DNA of 64,000 nucleotides from Candidatus Hadarchaeum sp. (GTDB lineage: Archaea > Hadarchaeota > Hadarchaeia > Hadarchaeales > Hadarchaeaceae), in assembly GCF_049969415.1 (NCBI RefSeq), contig NZ_JBMFOX010000003.1:1-64000 (forward strand). The letters are read 5' to 3'. Shown in pieces: positions 41,962 to 49,725 of this stretch. The position numbers were made by a program, and so were the translations under genes. The notes beneath the pieces are model-generated. The model made no database searches and was not told the DNA's origin. It saw nothing but the letters and a program-made list of their open reading frames with translations. Each line of letters begins with the position of its first letter. The first letter of the stretch is position 1.

Positions 41962-43194
41962 ATAGAGGACTTACCCACCCTGGATGAGGCTGATGTTAAG
42001 GAAAAGACCGTGATCGTGAGAATTGATATCAACTCCCCGATGGATCCCGTTACCGGTAAAATTTTGGATGACACCAGGATCAAGGCCTCGGCGGTGACGA
42101 TAAAGGAGCTGGCTGCCAAGGGCGCCAAGCTGGTGCTGCTGGCCCACCAAGGCCGGCTGGGTGACGACGACTTCACCACCTTGGAGCAGCACGCCGAGCT
42201 CCTCAGCCAGGCGACGGGCATAAAGATCAAGTACCTGAAGGACCTTTTCTACGGCGAGCCCGTGGCCCAGGCTATAGAGGAGATGAAGCCCGGAGACGTC
42301 ATCCTGCTGGAGAACGTTCGCTATCTGGCCGAGGAGCCGGTGGCCCGATCGATGGAGGAGCAGGCCAAGACCCGGTTGGTCCAGAACCTCGCCCCGCTGG
42401 CGCAGATTTTCGTCAACGATGCCTTTGCCGCAGCTCAGCGACCTCACGCTTCGATTATCGGGTTTGCCGCGGTGCTGCCCGCCTATGCCGGAAGGGTGAT
42501 GGAGAGGGAGGTCAAGGGGATGTCCCGGGCGCTGAACCCGGAGCACCCCTGCGTCTACATGCTCGGCGGGGCCAAGGCCGAGGACACGATAAAGATCCTA
42601 GAGCACTCGCTCAAGAAGGGGCTGGTGGACACGGTCCTCACCGGCGGAATTCTGGCCAACATCTTTCTCATGGTTTCGGGAAAGGACATCGGGGGACCGA
42701 ACGTCAAGTTGATTACGGACAAGAGCTACATCAAGCTGGTCGACCGCGCCAGGGGCATTTACGCCGACCACGCCCACCTGATTAAGACCCCGCTTGATTT
42801 CGTGGTCGACGTTCAGGGCAAGCCCAAGGTGATTGCGGTGGAGGAGCTGCCGATGAATGTGGAGCTGCTCGACGTGGGACCCAAGACAGTTGCCTATTAT
42901 TCCAAGTTTCTGGCCGAGGCCAAGACAATCGTCGTCAAGGGGCCGATGGGCGTCTTTGAGCGCAAGGGTTACGAGCGCGGGACGCTGGAGCTCTACCGGG
43001 CGGCGGCCAACTCCAAGGCCTTCAAGGTCTTCGGCGGCGGTCACACGGTCACCATCGTGAACGAGGCGGGACTGGCGAGCAAGATCGACCACGTGAGCAC
43101 CGGTGGCGGCGCGGCCGTGAGCTTCCTCTCCGGAGAGCCGATGCCCGGCATCGAGGCGCTGCTCTATTCCAAGCGACGTCGGCAGGGGGGATAG
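41962..43194 (+). CDS. pgk: Phosphoglycerate kinase (probable ATA start)
   Basis: RIDINSP, AHQGR, LLENVR, NDAF, STGGGA; conserved N-terminus extends upstream of the ORF-track start. Confidence 0.93.
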   Translation: MEDLPTLDEADVKEKTVIVRIDINSPMDPVTGKILDDTRIKASAVTIKELAAKGAKLVLLAHQGRLGDDDFTTLEQHAELLSQATGIKIKYLKDLFYGEPVAQAIEEMKPGDVILLENVRYLAEEPVARSMEEQAKTRLVQNLAPLAQIFVNDAFAAAQRPHASIIGFAAVLPAYAGRVMEREVKGMSRALNPEHPCVYMLGGAKAEDTIKILEHSLKKGLVDTVLTGGILANIFLMVSGKDIGGPNVKLITDKSYIKLVDRARGIYADHAHLIKTPLDFVVDVQGKPKVIAVEELPMNVELLDVGPKTVAYYSKFLAEAKTIVVKGPMGVFERKGYERGTLELYRAAANSKAFKVFGGGHTVTIVNEAGLASKIDHVSTGGGAAVSFLSGEPMPGIEALLYSKRRRQGG

Positions 43195-43197
43195 TCT

Positions 43198-44523
43198 TTG
43201 CGGATAGTCATCGTCGGCTTTCAGTCGGCCGGCCTGACCGCGGCGGCCACGGCTAGACTCTACAACCGCGAGGCCGAGATCACCGTTATCGAGAGAAGGA
43301 CCTATGCCACCTACCACCCCTGCGGCCTTCCCTTCGTCATCGGGGGCGAGGTGGCGACCCTGCAGGACTTGGTGGAGGCAATGCCGAGGCTCCAGGGTGT
43401 CGAAGTGCGCTTGGGAGCGGAGGCCAGGTCCATCAATACCGAGGAAAAGACGGTTACGGTACTTGACCTCAGGACGGTTCGGGAGGAGAAAATCCCCTAC
43501 GACAGGTTGATACTGGCCACCGGCAGCCGGGCCCTCAAACCGCCGATTCCCGGCGTTGATCTAGATCACGTTTTCACTTTGCGGACCATTGAGGACGGGG
43601 AGAGGATCCTTGCGGCGCTGCCACGGGCAAAAAGGGCCGTGGTGGTCGGGGCCGGACCCATCGGCGTGGAGACTGCCAGCGCCCTAAAGGAACGCGGTCT
43701 TGAGGTGACGCTGGTCGAGATGCTGCCTGATGTCCTCCCCGGGATGCTCGACCCGGACATGGCGGAGATTGTTGCCGAGCGCCTAGTAAAGTCGGGAATC
43801 CGCGTCATCTGCTCCCGGGCGGTGAAGGAGATCCGCGGCAAGGGAAGCGTCAGCTCGGTGGTTCTCGAGGGAGAGGAGCTTTCGGCCGATATGGTGGTCA
43901 TCGCGGTCGGGGTGAAGCCGGAGATTGAGCTTGCCGTTAAGGCGGGGCTGGCGCTGGGGCCGACGAGGGCGATAGCGGTGGACGACCATCTTCGGACCAG
44001 CGAACCCGACATCTTTGCCATCGGGGATTGCGCTGAGGCCCGCTGTTTCATCACTGGTAGGCCGATTCGGAGCCAGCTGGCCACCACGGCCATCAGGATG
44101 GGCCGGGTCGCGGGAATCAACGCTGCTGGCGGCGATGAAACATTCGAGGGGGTCCTTAATGCCGTCGTTACTATGGCCAGTGGCTTGGAGATAGCCTCGG
44201 CCGGCTTGACCGCGGGGGCGGCCAAGGAGGCGGGAATCGAGGCGGTGTCGGCGCGGGTGAGATGTTTCAGCAAGCCCCATTACTTTCCGGGAGCCGAGCC
44301 GGTGACGATTAAACTGGTTGCCGAGAGGAGGGGACAGAGGCTGCTCGGAGGCCAGGTCATCGGCGCTGGGGCGGCGCTGCGGGTCAACACGCTGGCGCTG
44401 GCGGTTAAAAGGCAGATGACCGCCAAGGAACTTTCCAAAATTGACTACTGCTATGCACCGCCGGTAAGCGAGAGCATCGACCCGCTGGTGGTGGCGGCTG
44501 AAGCGCTTCGCCGGAGAAGGTAA
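43198..44523 (+). CDS. NADH oxidase / CoA-disulfide reductase family flavoprotein
   Basis: YHPCGLP, LILATGS, GAGPIGVE, AIGDC, YAPP. Confidence 0.88.
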   Translation: MRIVIVGFQSAGLTAAATARLYNREAEITVIERRTYATYHPCGLPFVIGGEVATLQDLVEAMPRLQGVEVRLGAEARSINTEEKTVTVLDLRTVREEKIPYDRLILATGSRALKPPIPGVDLDHVFTLRTIEDGERILAALPRAKRAVVVGAGPIGVETASALKERGLEVTLVEMLPDVLPGMLDPDMAEIVAERLVKSGIRVICSRAVKEIRGKGSVSSVVLEGEELSADMVVIAVGVKPEIELAVKAGLALGPTRAIAVDDHLRTSEPDIFAIGDCAEARCFITGRPIRSQLATTAIRMGRVAGINAAGGDETFEGVLNAVVTMASGLEIASAGLTAGAAKEAGIEAVSARVRCFSKPHYFPGAEPVTIKLVAERRGQRLLGGQVIGAGAALRVNTLALAVKRQMTAKELSKIDYCYAPPVSESIDPLVVAAEALRRRR

Positions 44524-44532
44524 GCGGATTAT

Positions 44533-45090
44533 ATGCGGCTGGTGATTGAACACCTCGAGCCGAAGCTCAGCCAATGGCTTTACATCGAGTATTCCCACTC
44601 GGCGAGGATTGCCGGGGATCTGCTGATAACCAACGTCAGGAGGGCCTCCGAACGTCGAAGGCTGTCGCGGGTTGCCTCGGTGGAGAGAAAGAGCGTTGGA
44701 GAAATATTTAGCCAGAGGGGGATTCTCCTGCTGGATCCACTGGCGCGGAAGGTGCTCTCCCCGGATGACCTCCAGGGCAAATCGGTGATTTTGATCGGTG
44801 GCATCCTGGGGAACGACCCGCCCCTGGGCCGGACGAGGGAGCTGCTCGCCAGGAAGCTGCCCCGGGCGACGAGGCGCCACATCGGCCGGCATCAGTTTGC
44901 CATCGACGGAGCGGTTTACGTTGCCCGGCAGGTGGTCGCGGGGAGGAGGGTGGAGGAGATACCTGTCCAGGTGGGGTTGGAAATTCCGATCGAGCCGGGA
45001 TATTCAGTCATCCTTCCCTATGCCTTTCCCATGGTCGGAGGTAAGCCGCTGATCTCGGACGATCTCATCGATTACCTCCGGAGCCACTGA
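44533..45090 (+). CDS. Sfm1-like (DUF431) SPOUT methyltransferase
   Basis: VIEHLE...W..IEY, IGGILGNDPPLGRT, QFAIDGA. Confidence 0.85.
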   Translation: MRLVIEHLEPKLSQWLYIEYSHSARIAGDLLITNVRRASERRRLSRVASVERKSVGEIFSQRGILLLDPLARKVLSPDDLQGKSVILIGGILGNDPPLGRTRELLARKLPRATRRHIGRHQFAIDGAVYVARQVVAGRRVEEIPVQVGLEIPIEPGYSVILPYAFPMVGGKPLISDDLIDYLRSH

Positions 45091-45150
45091 GCCCAGCGGG
45101 ACGGCGGCAAAGCAAACAGATTAATGCCGGTGTTGGGAAATAATTTCGGT

Positions 45151-45287
45151 AGCCCGGTGGGGTAGACCGACTGGGGTCGGGCCCAATGGTCAATCCTGCG
45201 GGCCTTTGGAGCCTGCGACGGCGGAGGGCAATAACCCGCCGAATTCGAACGTCGACGGGTCGACCGAATTTCCGCCCCGGGCTACCA
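45151..45287 (+). tRNA. tRNA-Gln(TTG) with three introns (15/16, 53/54, 59/60)
   Basis: Removing 45166-45186, 45225-45243 and 45250-45270 gives AGCCCGGTGGGGTAGTGGTCAATCCTGCGGGCCTTTGGAGCCTGCGACGGCGGTTCGAATCCGCCCCGGGCTACCA; A1-U72 pair as in archaeal tRNA-Gln. Confidence 0.92.
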
Positions 45288-45387
45288 CGAGAAAGCGATT
45301 TTTCTTTGAGCGGTCATCTTGGCGGGGTAGAAATACTGGAACATTACTCTTTTTTGCTGCCGCGCCATCCTCTAACTCGGGTTGATC

Positions 45388-45813
45388 ATGAAGGGCGAGC
45401 TTCGCTTTGTCGGGGCCGTGGACCGGGTTGAGGGGGAGGAAACGGAGATTGTGATTTATCCCGAATTTTGCCCCGCCCTCAAGGGGATAGAGAACTACTC
45501 CCACCTGATCGTGCTCTACTGGTTCCACCAGCGGGATACACCAGAGGAGAGGCGGGTGCTTCAGGTTATCCCTAAACGGCATCCCGGGGCGCCGCTCGTC
45601 GGTGTCTTTGCCTCCCGAAGCCCGACCCGACCGAACCCGATCGGGATGTGTGTGGTGGAACTCATCAAAGTGGAGGACTGCCGGCTGCGCGTGAAGGGGA
45701 TGGACGCGGCCGAGGGCTCTCCCATCGTGGATATCAAACCCTATCTGCCCCGAGCCGATTCAATCCCCGGGGCCAAGGCTCCGGACTGGATGGCCCACGG
45801 ACCGAGCACCTAG
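45388..45813 (+). CDS. tsaA: tRNA m6t6A37 methyltransferase TrmO/TsaA family
   Basis: GVFASRSPTRPNPIG, PIVDIKPY. Confidence 0.9.
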   Translation: MKGELRFVGAVDRVEGEETEIVIYPEFCPALKGIENYSHLIVLYWFHQRDTPEERRVLQVIPKRHPGAPLVGVFASRSPTRPNPIGMCVVELIKVEDCRLRVKGMDAAEGSPIVDIKPYLPRADSIPGAKAPDWMAHGPST

Positions 45814-46542
45814 TGTTGGCTCAGCAATTTTTTTCACGATGGGTTCCAAGCTCCGGGCGAAGTTGGTCTTTAGCAGCAGGTCGGGATTGCCTAAGGCCTT
45901 TTCCACTCTGGTGTCGAAGGGAAGCCGACCCAGAAGTTTGACCTCCGGTCCTACCACCGGTTGCGCCATGCCTTCGGAAGCGAGGCACATGTTTTCCACC
46001 AGGCCGAGGACCGGGACCTTGAGCTCCTGGAGAAGTTGGCTGAGCCTGGCCACGGTTTTTGCCGCTAGAGCCGACGGCGTGGTGATGATGAGAAACTCGG
46101 CCCTTTTTATCAGGCGGATGATGTCGAGGACCTCCTCGGCAATGCCGGGGGGCACGTCCACCACGAGGTAGTCAAGCTGGTCCCACCGGGTGATGGTCAG
46201 CAGCTCCACGAAGGCGTCCGAGGCCTCATCGCCCCTGAGCGGCAGCGGCCGGTCACCGATGAAGTAGATCATCGACATAAACTTGATCCCGTGAACTTCC
46301 GGAGGCACCAGCCCCCTTGCTTCCTCCGGCTTGGCGTCAGCCGCCCCTAGGATGATGTGGCAGGATGGGCCGTGGAAGTCGAGGTCCAGCAGCCCCACCT
46401 TCCGGCCGCCACGGGCCAGCAGCAGGGAAATCGTGGTCGCGATCAGGCTCTTGCCCACGCCACCCTTCCCGCTGGCGATGATGATGATCCTTTTCACCCG
46501 CCGGAGCCTCCGGTCGATGATCGAGAGGCGCGGGTCAGGCAC
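45760..46542 (-). CDS. Mrp/NBP35 ATPase
   Basis: SGKGGVGKS, LDLDFHGPS, VDVPPG, VENM; start placed at GTG before PDPR. Confidence 0.9.
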   Translation of the reverse strand: MPDPRLSIIDRRLRRVKRIIIIASGKGGVGKSLIATTISLLLARGGRKVGLLDLDFHGPSCHIILGAADAKPEEARGLVPPEVHGIKFMSMIYFIGDRPLPLRGDEASDAFVELLTITRWDQLDYLVVDVPPGIAEEVLDIIRLIKRAEFLIITTPSALAAKTVARLSQLLQELKVPVLGLVENMCLASEGMAQPVVGPEVKLLGRLPFDTRVEKALGNPDLLLKTNFARSLEPIVKKIAEPTLGARSVGHPVRSLGPGD

Positions 46543-46544
46543 CT

Positions 46545-46946
46545 TTACTTTGAGATCTTGAGGTACTCGACCCATACTCCTCTGCCTCCGATTATCTCGA
46601 AGTCCGGACTGCGGCAGCGTGGGCAGCGGATGAAGGCGTGGGCCAGGTCGGGGACGAAGTGGATGGCCTCGGCTTCCTCCTCGTTGACCTCGCCGGAGCT
46701 AGGGTTCCACTCGTGGCCGCAGGCCCGGCATCTGAGGCGCGTTTCCTCCGGCTCCAGCTTGATCTTGGCTTTTTCCAGCAGCGTGCCCTTGGTCAGCTCT
46801 TTAAGGGCATGGGCGAAGATTTCGGTGTCGACGTTTTGCAGTCTCCCCAGCTTTACCTTGGCCTCGGAAACTGACTTGGCTCCCTTCTCCTTGACCACCG
46901 CGAGCATCGTGGACACAACGGCCTCGGCTAGGGCCCATTCGTGCAG
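46545..46946 (-). CDS. hypA: Hydrogenase nickel metallochaperone HypA (CTG start)
   Basis: CTG-CAC-GAA-TGG gives MHEWALAEA; CRACGHEW and CPRCRSPDFEIIGGRGV. Confidence 0.93.
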   Translation of the reverse strand: MHEWALAEAVVSTMLAVVKEKGAKSVSEAKVKLGRLQNVDTEIFAHALKELTKGTLLEKAKIKLEPEETRLRCRACGHEWNPSSGEVNEEEAEAIHFVPDLAHAFIRCPRCRSPDFEIIGGRGVWVEYLKISK

Positions 46947-47102
46947 ATAACCACCGCTTTAACTAGGTGAAGTACCATTTAGACGGTTTCGGAACGCCGG
47001 AGCATGGGCACTGAGTTTGTTCTCAGGGCGAGTTTCCAAAAAATGGACTAGGAAGTAGGCCAATATCAAGGCTTTTTTATCCTTTCGAAGTAGTAATCTT
47101 GT

Positions 47103-47235
47103 AGCCCCGTGGGGTAGACCCGCCGCTGGCGGGGCCCATCGGTCAATCCTGGCGGGCACCAGCTGGCCGCAATCTGGACCCGCTGACCCCGGTTCGAAAT
47201 CGACAGCGTCGACGGGAATCCGGGCGGGGCTACCA
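47103..47235 (+). tRNA. tRNA-Gln(CTG) with three introns (15/16, 32/33, 59/60)
   Basis: Removing 47118-47139, 47158-47172 and 47199-47218 gives AGCCCCGTGGGGTAGCGGTCAATCCTGGCGGGCTCTGGACCCGCTGACCCCGGTTCGAATCCGGGCGGGGCTACCA. Confidence 0.92.
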
Positions 47236-47320
47236 TTTTTCAGAAAAATAAGTCTACTCGCTGGAAATCGTCTGGAGAGGAGGGACAAAATTATAAAAAA
47301 AAGGAAGTCGCGCGGGGAGC

Positions 47321-47554
47321 TCAGACGTCGATGACGATGGCGGTGTTGGTGTCGACTACTCCCTTGATCTTGTGGATGCCCTCGACCACCGCCCGGCTCA
47401 GCGTGTCCATGCTACTGGTATCAACGTGAACGATGATGTCGTAGGGTCCGGTAACGACATGGACATTTTTCACGTCCTGCAGCTTCTTTATCTCCTTGGC
47501 CACCTGCTTCACCTTGCCGATGGCCGCGGTCACCAGGATATATGCCTGTACCAC
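47321..47554 (-). CDS. Stand-alone Lrp/AsnC ligand-binding (RAM) domain protein
   Basis: AYILV, VTGPYDII, IKGVVDTNT. Confidence 0.88.
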   Translation of the reverse strand: MVQAYILVTAAIGKVKQVAKEIKKLQDVKNVHVVTGPYDIIVHVDTSSMDTLSRAVVEGIHKIKGVVDTNTAIVIDV

Positions 47555-47610
47555 AAACTCACCTCAACGTTATCTCGCCCCGGTATTTTAAAGAGCTTTC
47601 GAGCGGAGGC

Positions 47611-47802
47611 TCAGAGCTCCTTTATCGCCAGCTTTTTGTGGAGCACCAGTTCCGCGGACCTGACGACGGAACCGCCCGAGCCTATCGCCCTAGCCGCCTG
47701 CCCCTTGGGGACATAGACGACGAGCTGCTCCCCTTGCTCTTCAATCCTCTCTATGTTAACCCCCAACATCGTTTTCAGTTTTTCCACAATGCCTTGATTC
47801 AC
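47611..47802 (-). CDS. Small KH-domain (NusA-like) protein
   Basis: VPKGQAARAIGSGGSVV GxxG loop; GTG start. Confidence 0.75.
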   Translation of the reverse strand: MNQGIVEKLKTMLGVNIERIEEQGEQLVVYVPKGQAARAIGSGGSVVRSAELVLHKKLAIKEL

Positions 47803-47896
47803 TTGCTCATCTCCACGATATTTTAGGCAACTATTTATAAATCCTATCCAGACCAACTTTAAGGTAGTCTCCCAGCGAAGTTCATTTCTCAATATG

Positions 47897-48595
47897 TCAG
47901 CCTGCTGTGTACTCCAAGTTCAGGCCCCACCTGTTGTCCGTCAGCCGTTTCAGCTCTTCGCAGACACCAGGCACGTGACCGGCGCCTATCACGCAAACCA
48001 CCCTTTTTCCGGAGAGCAGAAGGGACGCCAGCCTCATGGCCATGTGGCGATCTCTCTCCGAGATCAGGACCTCGTAGGCCCTCGGCGATAACTTCCTGAA
48101 CTCCTGCAGCAGGTTTTCCACCACCTGCTCCTCGGTGAGCCGCCCCAGGTCAACGCCCTTGCCCAGCGGCAGCAGGCTGAGGATCAGATTTCCGAAGAGC
48201 CTGAGCTTCTCCCTCATCGACATCCCGCTCAGGAGCCTGTTGAAGGTGGTCCCGATGTCTTGGTCGATGAGGTGGACCTGGGCCCCGATTTCCCTGGCCT
48301 TTTGAATCGCGGTCAGCATCTCCTCTCCGGCCTCCACCCCGGTCTGGCGGGAGAATTTCCCCTGTAGCATCAGGATTAATGCGGTGAGCAGCCAGATGCC
48401 CGGGCCAGCGCGCCAGGCGTCAAGGACCCTAGTCTTGGCGCCGCGCGTCAGCGCCAGATAGCGGGCGGGGTCCAGCTCCACCGCGACGATTTCCGGGCGC
48501 TCGGTCATAATTACTTGTTCGGCCTCGGCAACGCTTTTTGGTAGAACATGCGCCACACCGACGATGGTGAGGCGGTCGCCAATTTTCTTAATCAC
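47897..48595 (-). CDS. TraB/GumN family protein
   Basis: VGVAHV, VAVELDPAR, GEEM, ISERD, IGAGH. Confidence 0.9.
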   Translation of the reverse strand: MIKKIGDRLTIVGVAHVLPKSVAEAEQVIMTERPEIVAVELDPARYLALTRGAKTRVLDAWRAGPGIWLLTALILMLQGKFSRQTGVEAGEEMLTAIQKAREIGAQVHLIDQDIGTTFNRLLSGMSMREKLRLFGNLILSLLPLGKGVDLGRLTEEQVVENLLQEFRKLSPRAYEVLISERDRHMAMRLASLLLSGKRVVCVIGAGHVPGVCEELKRLTDNRWGLNLEYTAG

Positions 48596-49247
48596 GCTTG
48601 GCACCCGCGACCTGGTAAACCAGCAGGACGTCGCTGCCGACTCGGGAAACCTTGGAAAGCTTGAGCCTGACTCCATCTTTTACTCGAGAGAAACCGGTCC
48701 CCCCGACCAGTGTTTTTGCCTCCACCCCACCGACGATCCTAGGTGCGATGGTGATTTGAATCTCGTCCACCAGCCCCTGCGAGATCATGTCCCAGTTCAG
48801 GGTCGAGCCGCCTTCAAGCAGTAGCTTCCTGATGCCCCGGCGGTAGAGTTCCTCGAGGAGCCGGCGCAGATCAATTTTTTCACCCTCGAAGACAATTACC
48901 TCGGCACCAGCCTGACGCAGCCTTTCGACCTTTTCTGCGTCGGCCACGCTAGAGACCGCCACGATGGTCTTGGCCGAGTTGTCCAAAATTTTGGCCCCGT
49001 GAGGGATCCGTGCCCTGCCGTCAACCACCACTCTGGCTGGGTTTCTTCCCTTCACCCGGCGCACGGTCAGCGAGGGATTGTCGGCGAGGATGGTCCCCGC
49101 CCCGACCATGACGGCGTCCATCCGGGACCGGAGCCGGTGCAGGCGGGTGAGGTCGGCCGCGGAGGAAATCTTGCTGTCGCCGCCCGCGGTCGCTATCTTA
49201 CCGTCCAGCGTCATCGCGGCATTCAGGATCACATATGGCCGGGGCAT
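48588..49247 (-). CDS. 2,5-diamino-6-ribosylamino-4(3H)-pyrimidinone 5'-phosphate reductase (RibD C-terminal/Rib7 type)
   Basis: RPYVILNAAMTLDGKIA, DNPSLTVR, LLEGG. Confidence 0.9.
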   Translation of the reverse strand: MPRPYVILNAAMTLDGKIATAGGDSKISSAADLTRLHRLRSRMDAVMVGAGTILADNPSLTVRRVKGRNPARVVVDGRARIPHGAKILDNSAKTIVAVSSVADAEKVERLRQAGAEVIVFEGEKIDLRRLLEELYRRGIRKLLLEGGSTLNWDMISQGLVDEIQITIAPRIVGGVEAKTLVGGTGFSRVKDGVRLKLSKVSRVGSDVLLVYQVAGAKRD

Positions 49248-49472
49248 GTTCTCAACGAGATTTAGGTCAGCCGCCTTTTAAGGGTTTAAAGCTGGTTCAG
49301 TTATTAATCTCGCTGTTTCAAAATATTCTCCAATCTTCGGTTAAAGGTGAAATATTTTCACTATTTTCCGATTTTCCGGCACAATTTCAACGAATTCTCT
49401 TAAGTAGCACAGTGTGGTACCTCTCTCTGGGAGGTTAATTTGGAGGCGCTACAAAGCAAGGGGGTGAAAGAA

Positions 49473-49538
49473 ATGAAGAAAAAGGTCAAAGGCGCCGCGT
49501 CCAAGTCAGTCCGCAATCGCCCGGAAGAATGGGACTAG
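49473..49538 (+). CDS. Putative 21-aa upstream ORF / leader peptide
   Basis: GGGGTGA ribosome-binding site followed by MKKKVKGAASKSVRNRPEEWD*. Confidence 0.4.
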   Translation: MKKKVKGAASKSVRNRPEEWD

Positions 49539-49725
49539 ATCAACTTGGGTTTAAGTGCTCTGTGAGCGTTAAGGATGAGGGCAGGCCTCGACCCCTGCCG
49601 CATTTTTGCAGTGGTTTGGCAAGTTTGAGCATGTGGAATTCATCCCGTGAGGTTCAATGCCTGAGACAGCCGCGATGGGTAGGTTATTTAACGAAAGAAA
49701 GCGTAGAAGGAGCGGACGATTGGCC

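Noticed and set aside
43783-44892. Long antisense ORFs (this one, 59116-60228 and others)
   Set aside because: Shadows of GC-rich genes with clear identity on the other strand; no recognisable motifs.
45151-47235. Two similar GC-rich intergenic elements as a MITE or novel ncRNA family
   Set aside because: Fully explained as the two intron-containing tRNA-Gln genes.
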